Positions 26,885 to 35,953 are shown, counted from the stretch's first letter. The stretch: 36,395 nt of DNA from an uncultured Clostridia bacterium (GCA_934169535.1 CAKPOC010000001.1:1-36395), one strand, 5' to 3'. A program made the numbers and translations. Notes: generated by a model from the sequence alone, not told the origin.

Positions 26885-28729
26885 ATGTGTGGAATTATTG
26901 GCTATATTGGTCACAAACAAGCAAAAGAAATATTAATAAATGGCTTAAAAAGCTTAGAATATAGAGGTTACGATTCTGCTGGAATTGCAACCATCGAAAA
27001 AAAGAAAATTTCTGTAGTAAAAGAAAAAGGACGTGTTTCAAATCTTGAAAACTCTCCTCAAATAAAAAATCTTTTGGGCACAGTTGGTATTGCTCATACA
27101 AGATGGGCAACTCACGGCAAGCCTTCAAAAGAAAACTCTCATCCTCACTTCGATAATAGCAAAACTTTTGCTGTTGTACATAATGGAATTATTGAAAATT
27201 TTGTAGAAATACGAAAATTTTTAGAGAAAAATGGATATACATTTTATTCTCAAACAGATACAGAAACAATACCAAATTTAATACATTATTATTTTTCAAT
27301 TGACAAGTCTGAAAATACCGAAAAAAAATTTTTGCGTGCTGTAAGAAATGCTATTTCAGATTTAAAAGGAAGCTACTCTCTTGGAATAATTTCTTCTTTA
27401 TATCCAAGTCTTCTTATTGCGGTTAGAAAAAATAGTCCCCTAGTTATAGGAAAAGGCTTAAATGAAAATTTTATTGCATCAGATATTCCTGCAATTTTAA
27501 AATACACAAAGAATTTTTACCTTTTAGATAATAACGAACTTGCGCTAATTTCTGCTAATAAAATTAATTTTTATGATATGAACTTAATTCCTCACAATAA
27601 AGAGGTTAAAAATATTGAATGGGATTCATCTTCTGCCGAAAAATGTGGATATGAAGATTTTATGCTAAAAGAGATTTTTGAGCAGCCTACTGCTATCCGC
27701 GAAACTATTGGCTCTAGGCTTTCAGGTTGCGAAAAATGTTCATTTGATGATTTAAATATTTCAAAAGATTACTTAAAATCAATAAATAAAATATTTATTG
27801 TAGCATGTGGAACTGCTATGCACGCAGGGCTTGTTGGAAAAAATATTTTTGAAAAGCTTTGCAGAATCCCTACAGAGGTAGAAATCGCTTCCGAATTTAG
27901 ATATATGGACCCAATAATTAATGAAAAAACTTTATGTATTTTTGTAAGTCAATCTGGTGAAACAGCAGATACTTTAGCTGCTTTAACGCTTTCTAGAGAA
28001 AAGAAAGCAAAAACTTTAGCAATTTCCAATGTTATTGGAAGTTCAATTACAAGAGAAGCAGATTACACAATTTACACTCATGCTGGCCCAGAAATTGCAG
28101 TTGCATCTACCAAAGCCTACACATCACAAGTTTGTTTACTTGCTATTTTAGGAATTTATTTTGCTGAAGTACTAGAAAGCTGCCCTATAGAAGAACTTAA
28201 AAATTTAAAAAATTCAATTTTGGATTTGCCTTCTAAAATTGATACAGTACTTTTAAATACTGAAAAAATAAAGCAATTTGCAAGCAAAGTTTACACTCAA
28301 AAAGATATGTTCTTTTTAGGTAGAAGCAATGACTACGCAGCAGCTTTGGAGGGTTCTTTAAAATTAAAAGAAATTTCTTATATTCACTCTGAAGCCTATG
28401 CTTCCGGTGAATTAAAACACGGGCCCATTGCTCTTATTGAAAATGGTGTTACAGTTATTGGAATAATTACAAATGAAGCTTTAGTAGAAAAATCAATTAG
28501 CAACATTCAAGAAGTTATCACTAGAGGTGCACATACATTAGTTATTACAAATAAACTTCTTCCAAATAACAATTTTAATTATGTTATTAATATTCCTGAT
28601 ACAAATGAGCTATTGTCACCTATTTTATCAGTTATCCCTCTTCAACTTCTTGCATATTATATTTCCAAAAATAAAGGTCTAGATGTTGACAAACCTAGAA
28701 ATTTAGCAAAATCAGTAACAGTTGAATAA
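26885..28729 (+). CDS. glmS: Glutamine-fructose-6-phosphate aminotransferase
   Basis: MCGIIGYIG with the N-terminal nucleophile Cys directly after Met, two SIS domains, and the C-terminal KPRNLAKSVTVE. The ATG at 26885 follows AAGGAGG. Confidence 0.96.
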   Translation: MCGIIGYIGHKQAKEILINGLKSLEYRGYDSAGIATIEKKKISVVKEKGRVSNLENSPQIKNLLGTVGIAHTRWATHGKPSKENSHPHFDNSKTFAVVHNGIIENFVEIRKFLEKNGYTFYSQTDTETIPNLIHYYFSIDKSENTEKKFLRAVRNAISDLKGSYSLGIISSLYPSLLIAVRKNSPLVIGKGLNENFIASDIPAILKYTKNFYLLDNNELALISANKINFYDMNLIPHNKEVKNIEWDSSSAEKCGYEDFMLKEIFEQPTAIRETIGSRLSGCEKCSFDDLNISKDYLKSINKIFIVACGTAMHAGLVGKNIFEKLCRIPTEVEIASEFRYMDPIINEKTLCIFVSQSGETADTLAALTLSREKKAKTLAISNVIGSSITREADYTIYTHAGPEIAVASTKAYTSQVCLLAILGIYFAEVLESCPIEELKNLKNSILDLPSKIDTVLLNTEKIKQFASKVYTQKDMFFLGRSNDYAAALEGSLKLKEISYIHSEAYASGELKHGPIALIENGVTVIGIITNEALVEKSISNIQEVITRGAHTLVITNKLLPNNNFNYVINIPDTNELLSPILSVIPLQLLAYYISKNKGLDVDKPRNLAKSVTVE

Positions 28730-28735
28730 AATTAT

Positions 28736-28763
28736 ACTTCCTGCAATCTGCAGGAAGTTTTTT
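28736..28763. terminator. Terminator after glmS, shared with the convergent antiporter gene
   Basis: Stem CTTCCTGCA / TGCAGGAAG with a 3-nt loop, followed by TTTTTT. Confidence 0.8.
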
Positions 28764-29604
28764 ATAGAAATAATAAAATTCCTAAAGTTTGAACTACAAA
28801 TAAGTTCATCATATTAGATGTTAATAAATTATTTGTAGCCTCTATCACACCTACTTTTCGTAAAAATTCACTTTCATTTAGATTCTCTTTTTTCTGTGAT
28901 TCAGTAAAAGTTATTAATTCAGGAACACTTGTTAAAAACCCTAGTACAAATCCTAAGGCAATCTCTGGCAGATTAAATTTTGTAGCAAGAATTGATAAAG
29001 TTTCGCTTAAAGAATCACCTAAATAATAAAGTGCAAACACTATTGGGAACATTCCGAATATATATATAATAAGTTTAAATTTATTTGTTTTATTTTTGGT
29101 TTCTTTTACGTTTTTTATAATCTCTTCGTCCTCTTTTTTTAAGTATAATTTATGCACATTGTGATTAATATAAAAAAACAAAATTAGCATTATTATAAAA
29201 AATGCACATAATTTTAAGTCTAAATCAATTTTAAAAATTATTATAAATATTGGAATCACTATTGTTGCTAAAACAAGTACAATATCTATTACAACTGGTT
29301 TATACCTTAAATATTTTTGATTTTTATTTATATAAACAGAAAATATATACTGACAAAAATTTATAATATTAGAGCTAATTATATTATAAACAGAAGTATC
29401 TATTAGCCCTGTTTTTACAGAAAATACTACTGTTAGAAGTTCCGGAATTGAAGTCGCAATTCCGGCTATATTTCCACTAGATTTTGCGCTTAAGTTTAGT
29501 TCATTAGAAATTTTTTGTAAAATTGGTACAAGTAAATATTTGGATACTACAACAATTCCTGCTAAAAATATGATAAGTTTTAAAAATTCTAAAAATAAAT
29601 TCAT
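28762..29604 (-). CDS. CaCA-family cation/Ca2+ antiporter (Na_Ca_ex, YrbG-like)
   Basis: Polytopic membrane protein with two alpha-repeats, GNIAGIATSIPELLTVV and LGFVLGFLTSVPELITF, separated by a charged loop. Confidence 0.75.
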   Translation of the reverse strand: MNLFLEFLKLIIFLAGIVVVSKYLLVPILQKISNELNLSAKSSGNIAGIATSIPELLTVVFSVKTGLIDTSVYNIISSNIINFCQYIFSVYINKNQKYLRYKPVVIDIVLVLATIVIPIFIIIFKIDLDLKLCAFFIIMLILFFYINHNVHKLYLKKEDEEIIKNVKETKNKTNKFKLIIYIFGMFPIVFALYYLGDSLSETLSILATKFNLPEIALGFVLGFLTSVPELITFTESQKKENLNESEFLRKVGVIEATNNLLTSNMMNLFVVQTLGILLFL

Positions 29605-29661
29605 AAAATTCTCCTCATTATGAATTATTCCCTAATTATTACAAATTTATTAGCATTTTTG

Positions 29662-29690
29662 TTGTGAAATAGCTGTTTTTGTGGTATAAT
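29662..29690 (+). promoter_or_regulatory. Promoter of serS
   Basis: TTGTGA (29662..29667), 17 nt, TGgTATAAT (hexamer 29685..29690). Confidence 0.65.
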
Positions 29691-29723
29691 TTCAGTTATA
29701 AAATTAAAGAAAGGATATTCTAT

Positions 29724-31001
29724 ATGATAGATATTAAATTTTTAAGAGAAAATCCAGAAATAGTAAAACAAAATATAAAAAATAAATTTCAAAATCAAAA
29801 ACTTCCTTTAGTTGATGAAGTAATTGAACTTGATAAAAAATCGCGTAGCATTAAACTTCATGGTGATGAATTAAGAGCAAAACGTAAAACTTTAAGTGAG
29901 AGCGTTGGTTCTTTTATGCGTGAAGGAAAAAAAGATGAAGCTGAAAAAGTAAAATTAGAAGTAAAAGCTATAAATGAAGAGCTTGTTCAAAACGAAAAAT
30001 TAGAAGATGAATATTCTGCTCAAATAAAAGAAAGAATGATGAAAATTCCAAACATAATTGACCCATCTGTTCCAATTGGTAAAGATGATAGTCAAAATGT
30101 AGAGGTTCAAAAGTTTGGTGAGCCTAAAGTTCCAGATTATGAAATTCCTCATCATGCAGATATTTTAGAAAAGCTTCATGGTCTTGATAAAGATTCTGCA
30201 GGCCGTACAAGCGGTGTTGGTTTTTATTATTTAACAGGCAACATTGCAAGACTTCACGAAGCAATGCTTGCTTGCGCAAGGGACTTTATGATTAATGCTG
30301 GCTTTACTTATGCCATTCCACCTTTCATGATTAGAAGTGACGTTGTTACTGGTGTTATGAGCTTTGAGGAAATGGATGCCATGATGTATAAAATTGAAGG
30401 CGAAGATTTATATTTAATTGGTACATCAGAGCATTCTATGATAGGAAAATTTAAAGGCCAATTAATAAAAAAGCAAGAACTTCCTATTCATATGACTTCA
30501 TATTCTCCTTGCTTTAGAAAGGAAATTGGTTCTCACGGTCTTGAAGAAAGAGGCCTTTACAGAGTTCATCAATTTGAAAAGCAAGAGATGATTGTTATTT
30601 GTGAACCAGAAGAATCTATGGATTGGTATAATAAAATGTGGAAATTAACTGTAGATTTATTTAGAAGTTGGAATGTTCCTGTGCGTCAACTTGAATGTTG
30701 CTCAGGTGACCTTGCAGACCTAAAAGTAAAATCATGTGATGTTGAAGCATGGAGCCCAAGACAAAAAAAATATTTTGAAGTTGGAAGTTGTTCAACTTTA
30801 GGTGATGCCCAAGCAAGACGTTTAGGAATTCGTATAAAAGGCGAAAAAGGAAATTATTTCCCTCATACTTTAAATAATACAGTTGTTGCTACTCCTCGTG
30901 GATTAATTGCAGTTGTTGAAAACAATTACAACCCTGACGGAAGCATTACTGTTCCAGAAATTTTAAGACCTTATATGGGCGGATTAGATGTTATAAAATA
31001 A
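29724..31001 (+). CDS. serS: Serine-tRNA ligase
   Basis: N-terminal coiled-coil arm (MIDIKFLRENPE...) and class II motifs YLIGTSEHS, SPCFRKEIGSHG, RVHQFEKQEM and NNTVVATPRGLIAVVEN. I prefer the internal Met at 29724. Confidence 0.93.
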   Translation: MIDIKFLRENPEIVKQNIKNKFQNQKLPLVDEVIELDKKSRSIKLHGDELRAKRKTLSESVGSFMREGKKDEAEKVKLEVKAINEELVQNEKLEDEYSAQIKERMMKIPNIIDPSVPIGKDDSQNVEVQKFGEPKVPDYEIPHHADILEKLHGLDKDSAGRTSGVGFYYLTGNIARLHEAMLACARDFMINAGFTYAIPPFMIRSDVVTGVMSFEEMDAMMYKIEGEDLYLIGTSEHSMIGKFKGQLIKKQELPIHMTSYSPCFRKEIGSHGLEERGLYRVHQFEKQEMIVICEPEESMDWYNKMWKLTVDLFRSWNVPVRQLECCSGDLADLKVKSCDVEAWSPRQKKYFEVGSCSTLGDAQARRLGIRIKGEKGNYFPHTLNNTVVATPRGLIAVVENNYNPDGSITVPEILRPYMGGLDVIK

Positions 31002-31003
31002 AA

Positions 31004-31033
31004 TTAAAGCTGTGCTTTTTAACACAGCTTTAA
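31004..31033 (+). terminator. Hairpin after serS, a weak terminator candidate
   Basis: Perfect 11-bp stem TTAAAGCTGTG / CACAGCTTTAA with an 8-nt loop, but no clear T-run on the plus strand. Confidence 0.4.
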
Positions 31034-31090
31034 TAAAATGGTTTATGAGTATCCTTATAAAACTCAAATAATTTTAAGGAAATATATTAT

Positions 31091-31675
31091 ATGATAATTA
31101 AAAATCCTAAATTCGAAATTTCGGCAGTTAAGCCTTCTCAGTATCCCAATAATGACTTACCACAAATTGTTCTTGTTGGGAAATCAAATGTTGGAAAATC
31201 TAGTTTTATAAATTCTATGCTAAATAGAAAAAAGCTTGCAAGAACTAGCTCTGAGCCAGGAAAAACAAGGCTCATAAACTTTTACAATGTCGATGAAAAT
31301 TTTTATTTTGTTGATTTGCCTGGCTATGGTTATAGCAAAATGTCTAAGAAGGAACAAGCTAAAGTTGGAAAGTTTATTGAAGAATATCTTTCTACAAGTA
31401 AAAATATTTCTTTAATTATATTTTTAATAGATATTAGACACGACCCTACTCAAAATGATAAATTAATGTATGATTATATTGTAAATACCGCATTTTCGCC
31501 TTGTGTTATTTTGGCAAATAAGGCTGATAAAATTGCTGTAACTAAAGTAAATGCCCAAGTGGAACATTTGCAAAGTATTTTAAATCCATTAAAGGATTTA
31601 CCATTTTTGCCATTCTCTTCTGAGCGAAAAATTTATATGGATGAAGTTTGGTCCGAAATTGAAAAATATATATAA
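31091..31675 (+). CDS. engB: Ribosome-biogenesis GTPase EngB/YsxC
   Basis: GKSNVGKSSFINSMLNRKKLARTSSEPGKTR, DLPGYGY and NKADK are present. Confidence 0.92.
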   Translation: MIIKNPKFEISAVKPSQYPNNDLPQIVLVGKSNVGKSSFINSMLNRKKLARTSSEPGKTRLINFYNVDENFYFVDLPGYGYSKMSKKEQAKVGKFIEEYLSTSKNISLIIFLIDIRHDPTQNDKLMYDYIVNTAFSPCVILANKADKIAVTKVNAQVEHLQSILNPLKDLPFLPFSSERKIYMDEVWSEIEKYI

Positions 31676-31681
31676 AAAAAT

Positions 31682-31720
31682 AGAATTTAAGCTATAAACA
31701 TAACTTAAATTCTGTTTTTT
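31682..31720. terminator. Bidirectional terminator (engB / gltX)
   Basis: Perfect 10-bp stem AGAATTTAAG / CTTAAATTCT, with an A-run upstream and TTTTTT downstream. Confidence 0.75.
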
Positions 31721-31721
31721 A

Positions 31722-33371
31722 TTATTTGGTTAAAAGATTTATTCTTTTTTGTACTGAATCTTTTCCTAAAACTTGCATTATTTCATATAAGTCCGGAGTG
31801 TTTCTTCTCTTAGTTACAGCAACTCTTATTACTGTGCTTATGTCTCCTACATGTCCTGGGAAGTTTTCAGGATTTTTCTTGTATTCTTTAACTTCTCTTG
31901 CATATCCAAGTTCTTCTGCCAGGTCTTTAATTTTTCCAAACCAAGTTTGTTGGTCATCATTTTCATTATAATATTTTGACATATAAAGCTCTAAAATTTT
32001 CTTTATTTCTTGTTTATCATTTATTTTATCAAAATCATATTCGTCATTATTGTTAAAGAATTTTTCGTCATACATATATTCTATACAATTTTTTACATCT
32101 GACCATTTTGCAATATCTCTACGTGGTTTTGCTTTTCCTCTTTCTATATTCAAAACTTTTAAAGAATAATCTTTATTATTTAAAAGTTCTACTAGGCTTT
32201 CATCGAAGCGTTTTCCCCACTCTAAGCTTTCATTATATACTTGCTCTGCTGTATATCTTGAAATTACATTTTTGCCGATGTCGTTTAATTTAACCATATC
32301 AAATAAAGCTCCACTAACGCTCATCTTATTTAGTTGGAAATCAAATTCTTTTATTGATTTTTCAGGGTTTTGTTTTCTCCAAATTTCGAAATTTGAATTT
32401 GCAATGTTTAGTAAATATTCTTTTACAGCTTGAACTGGAATTCCTACCTCTTTATAGTAACTTGCTGAAGCTTCTGGATCTTTTCTTTTACTAATCTTTC
32501 TTTTATTTCCATTATCATTTTTTAATATTGTAGCAGTATGTGCATATTTAGGTGCTTTAAATCCTAAAGCTTGGAAAAGCTGTATATGAATTGGAAGTGA
32601 TGATAACCACTCATCCCCTCTTGTTACATGAGTTGTGTGCATTAAATGATCATCTACAACATGTGCAAAATGGTATGTTGGAAGTCCATCTGCTTTTATT
32701 ATGACTATATCTTGGTCATTTTCTGGGAATATTACATTTCCTTTTATAACATCGTGTACTTTTATTTTCTTTTCTTCATTTCCATTTGATTTAAAACGAA
32801 TTATATATTTTTCACCATTTTTAATTTTTGCTGCCGCTTCTTCAACAGATAAATTTCTGTACTTTGCCCAAACTCCGTAGTAACCAGGTTTAACCCCTGC
32901 CGCTTCTTGAGTTTTTCTCATTTGGTCTAGTTCTTCAGATGTAGCAAAACAAGGGTATGCTCTTCCTTGTTCTATTAAGTATTTTGCATATGCTGTGTAT
33001 ATTTCTTTTCTCATAGATTGTCTGTATGGTCCATATTCTCCAACCCATGTAGTTTCTGTTGTCATTCCTTCGTCAGGAAGTACTTCAAAATATTTTAAAG
33101 AGTCTATAATGTCATTTATTCCATTTTCTACTTCTCTTTTTTGGTCTGTATCTTCTACTCTCATAAAGAATACTCCACCAGTTCTGTCTGCAATTGTTCT
33201 TGCAAGTAAAGCTTGATAAATAGTTCCTATATGGACTGAGCCTGTTGGGCTTGGTCCAATTCTAACTACCATCGCACCTTCTGGTAAATTTCTTTCTGGG
33301 TATTTATTTTCATAATATTCTATTTCTTTTGCCTCTGGAAATATTAAGTTTGCTAAATCTTTATAATCCAT
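31722..33371 (-). CDS. gltX: Glutamate-tRNA ligase (long, about 550-aa form)
   Basis: RIGPSPTGSVHIGT (HIGH), MRVEDTDQKRE, DGLPTYHFAHVVDDHLMHTTHVTRGDEWLSSLPIHIQL and KISKRK (KMSKS). Confidence 0.85.
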   Translation of the reverse strand: MDYKDLANLIFPEAKEIEYYENKYPERNLPEGAMVVRIGPSPTGSVHIGTIYQALLARTIADRTGGVFFMRVEDTDQKREVENGINDIIDSLKYFEVLPDEGMTTETTWVGEYGPYRQSMRKEIYTAYAKYLIEQGRAYPCFATSEELDQMRKTQEAAGVKPGYYGVWAKYRNLSVEEAAAKIKNGEKYIIRFKSNGNEEKKIKVHDVIKGNVIFPENDQDIVIIKADGLPTYHFAHVVDDHLMHTTHVTRGDEWLSSLPIHIQLFQALGFKAPKYAHTATILKNDNGNKRKISKRKDPEASASYYKEVGIPVQAVKEYLLNIANSNFEIWRKQNPEKSIKEFDFQLNKMSVSGALFDMVKLNDIGKNVISRYTAEQVYNESLEWGKRFDESLVELLNNKDYSLKVLNIERGKAKPRRDIAKWSDVKNCIEYMYDEKFFNNNDEYDFDKINDKQEIKKILELYMSKYYNENDDQQTWFGKIKDLAEELGYAREVKEYKKNPENFPGHVGDISTVIRVAVTKRRNTPDLYEIMQVLGKDSVQKRINLLTK

Positions 33372-33404
33372 AATTTTCTCCTTCTTTTTGCATTACTGCT
33401 TTTA

Positions 33405-35444
33405 TTAAACTTCCATTATGATTGGTATTAACATTGGATCACGTTTTGTTTTTTGGAATATGAAATCTCTTAAATCATCTTTTAGAGTTGATTTTATTGT
33501 AGTCCAATCAGTTATATGTCTTCTTTCAAATCCTGCAACTTCTTGTCTTACCATTGATTTTACGTCTTCCATTAGGTTTTCTGATTCTCTTACATATACA
33601 AATCCTCTTGAAATTATGTCAGGTCCTGAAACGATTTCTCCTGTTTGTGAATCCATTGTTATGACAATTATAATTAGACCATCTTGAGATAAGTGTTGTC
33701 TATCTCTTAGTACTATATTTCCTACATCTCCAACGCCTAATCCATCTACTAAAACTTTTCCAGATGGTACAGATGTTGTAAATTTAGCTTCATCTGAATT
33801 TAATTCTAGCACTCTTCCATTGTGTGTTATAAATATGTTTTTTGCTGGAATTCCTAGCTCTTTGGCAGTTTCTGCATGAGCCATAAGTTGTCTATATTCA
33901 CCATGAACTGGTATAAAATATTGTGGTCTTGCTAAAGATAATATTAATTTTTGTTCTTCTTGGCAAGCATGCCCTGATACGTGAATATCAGCAAGTGCAC
34001 TGTATACAACTTCTGCTCCAATTTTCATTAAATCATCTATTACTTTTGAAACTAATTTTTCGTTTCCTGGAATCGCATTTGCAGATATTATTACTAAATC
34101 GTTTGGTGTAATAGTAACTTTTTTATGCTCTCCTGCTGCCATTCTTGTTAGTGCAGACATTGTTTCGCCTTGGCTTCCTGTTGTTATAATTACAAGTTGT
34201 TCATCATTGTAAGTTTTTATTGAATCTATGTCTATAAATATGTCTTCTGGTGCATTTATATATCCAATTTCTCTTGCATTTTCTATCATACGAATCATGC
34301 TTCTTCCACAAACAGCAATTTTTCTTTTATATTTAACTGCTGAATCCACAATTTGTTGAACTCTGTGGACATTTGAAGCAAATGTTGCAACTACAATTCT
34401 TTTTTTGCAGTTCATAAATAGCTTGTCAAAAACTGGGCCTATTGATTTTTCGGACATTGTAAATCCTTTTCTCTCAGAGTTTGTGCTATCTGACATAAGC
34501 GCCAAAATTCCTTTGTTTCCAAGTTCTGCAATTCTTCCTAGATCCATTTGCTTTCCATCTATTGGAGTATAGTCTATTTTGAAATCTCCTGTATGCAAAA
34601 TTGTTCCTGCTGGTGTTGTTATTGCAAACATTACAGAGTCTGGTATACTGTGACAACTTGAAATAAATTCAACTGTAAATTTTCCTGCACGTATTGTTTG
34701 ACCTTGCATAACTTCATGAATTTCTGCATTTCTTAATAAATGATGTTCTTCAAGTTTTGATCTAATTAGTCCACATGTAAGCTTAGTTGCATAAATTGGC
34801 ACATTTATTTGTCTTAGTACATATGGAATTGATCCTATGTGGTCCTCATGACCGTGTGTTATAAATATTCCTCTAACTTTTTCTTTGTTTTTTACAAGAT
34901 ATGTTACGTCTGGTATTACTAAATCTATTCCTAACATGTCATCTGTTGGGAATTCTAGTCCACAGTCAACCACTATAATGTCATCCTCATATTCAAAAAC
35001 TGTTATGTTTTTTCCTATTTCCTCAATACCCCCTAATGGTATTATTTTTATAGTTGGTTTCTTGAATTTGAATTCATGTCTGTGCGAAATTGATCTGTTT
35101 TCTACTTTTACTAAGCTTTTTTCTTCTGAAGTTTGTTTTTTTCTTCTATTATCTGTATTTTTACCTTCTAAGCTTTTCTTTGTTTCTCTTCTTGTTTTTT
35201 TTGTTTCAAGCATGCTGTTTTCTTCTCCACTTGCTGCTCTTCTTGTTTCTAAATTCTTTTTTGCCTCTATATTTGATTTTCTTGTTCTTGAATTTTTCTT
35301 TAACTCTCCGCTTACTTTTTTTGTTTCTTGATTTTTCTTTGACTCTCTATTGGTCTTTTTTGCATAATTTCTTTTGTATGTTCTCTTTGTTTTCTCGGCT
35401 TTATTTTCTATTGCATTTTCTTTTTTTGCGTTTTCTTCTGCCAT
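33405..35444 (-). CDS. rnj: Ribonuclease J with a roughly 125-aa Lys/Arg-rich N-terminal extension
   Basis: Beta-lactamase/beta-CASP core: IIPLGGIEEIGKNITVFEY, ITHGHEDHIG and HVSGHACQEE. The N-terminal extension is MAEENAKKENAIENKAEKTKRTYKRNYAKKTNRESKKNQETKK.... SD is GAAGGAGAG. Confidence 0.92.
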   Translation of the reverse strand: MAEENAKKENAIENKAEKTKRTYKRNYAKKTNRESKKNQETKKVSGELKKNSRTRKSNIEAKKNLETRRAASGEENSMLETKKTRRETKKSLEGKNTDNRRKKQTSEEKSLVKVENRSISHRHEFKFKKPTIKIIPLGGIEEIGKNITVFEYEDDIIVVDCGLEFPTDDMLGIDLVIPDVTYLVKNKEKVRGIFITHGHEDHIGSIPYVLRQINVPIYATKLTCGLIRSKLEEHHLLRNAEIHEVMQGQTIRAGKFTVEFISSCHSIPDSVMFAITTPAGTILHTGDFKIDYTPIDGKQMDLGRIAELGNKGILALMSDSTNSERKGFTMSEKSIGPVFDKLFMNCKKRIVVATFASNVHRVQQIVDSAVKYKRKIAVCGRSMIRMIENAREIGYINAPEDIFIDIDSIKTYNDEQLVIITTGSQGETMSALTRMAAGEHKKVTITPNDLVIISANAIPGNEKLVSKVIDDLMKIGAEVVYSALADIHVSGHACQEEQKLILSLARPQYFIPVHGEYRQLMAHAETAKELGIPAKNIFITHNGRVLELNSDEAKFTTSVPSGKVLVDGLGVGDVGNIVLRDRQHLSQDGLIIIVITMDSQTGEIVSGPDIISRGFVYVRESENLMEDVKSMVRQEVAGFERRHITDWTTIKSTLKDDLRDFIFQKTKRDPMLIPIIMEV

Positions 35445-35653
35445 ATAAAATTCTCTCCTTCTTTATATAATAATAGTTGTTTATAATATTTTTAATCAAC
35501 GAAAAATTTATATATCCATTTAATAGATATATATTTTTCTTTTATGTATTATTTTTACTATATCAAATAATTTTCCGCTCTCCCTAATATAGTAACTTTA
35601 TAAAATAAATAAAAATCTCTTCTTCACCATCATTATGGCAACAACTGTTTTAT

Positions 35654-35682
35654 ATTATACTATATTTAATAAAAAAAGTCAA
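35654..35682 (-). promoter_or_regulatory. Promoter of rnj, implying a 5' UTR of about 200 nt
   Basis: Minus strand: TTGACT (35682..35677), 17 nt, TATAAT (35659..35654). Confidence 0.55.
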
Positions 35683-35688
35683 TTGGGG

Positions 35689-35718
35689 TTGACAAATCTG
35701 TGTTGCTTATGTTATTAT
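35689..35718 (+). promoter_or_regulatory. Promoter of tRNA-Gly
   Basis: TTGACA (35689..35694), 18 nt, TGtTATTAT (hexamer 35713..35718). The tRNA begins 18 nt downstream. Confidence 0.65.
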
Positions 35719-35735
35719 ATTTATACGTTTGAAAT

Positions 35736-35811
35736 GCGGGAGTAGCTCAGTTGATAGAGCGCTGCCTTGCCAAGGCAGAGGTCACGGGTTTGAGCCCCGC
35801 TTCCCGCTCCA
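35736..35811 (+). tRNA. tRNA-Gly (GCC anticodon), CCA encoded, with an atypical D-loop/T-loop pair
   Basis: Acceptor GCGGGAG / TTCCCGC (terminal G-U), D arm GCTC-AGTTGATA-GAGC, anticodon stem CTGCC/GGCAG with loop TTGCCAA, variable AGGTC, T arm ACGGG-TTTGAGC-CCCGC, then TCCA. Confidence 0.88.
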
Positions 35812-35820
35812 ATATATTTT

Positions 35821-35846
35821 GTTGCAACCTTGGTTGCAACTTTTTT
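35821..35846 (+). terminator. Terminator of tRNA-Gly
   Basis: GTTGCAAC-CTTG-GTTGCAAC (8-bp stem) followed by TTTTTT. Confidence 0.75.
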
Positions 35847-35851
35847 ATTTT

Positions 35852-35953
35852 TCATAAGCTGTAAACTTTCTGGCTGTTGCTGTTCGAAGATATGTGTAAA
35901 TTATTTTTTGCCTGCTTCTGTATAAAATTTATAACTTTTAATTTATCATCCAT
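35852..35953 (-). CDS. Candidate small ORF, 33 aa (MDDKLKVINFIQKQAKNNLHISSNSNSQKVYSL)
   Basis: Perfect SD GGAGG 7 nt upstream of the ATG at 35953, with a TGA stop abutting the tRNA-Gly terminator. The peptide is hydrophilic with no recognisable family. It could be a gene remnant. Confidence 0.3.
   Translation of the reverse strand: MDDKLKVINFIQKQAKNNLHISSNSNSQKVYSL

Noticed and set aside
34885-35470. Two overlapping plus-strand ORFs (148 and 126 aa), rich in Phe/Leu/Ser, opposite the 5' part of rnj.
   Set aside because: They are the reverse-complement reading of the Lys/Glu-rich RNase J extension, where AAA/GAA codons read as TTT/TTC. There is no SD and no plausible protein composition.
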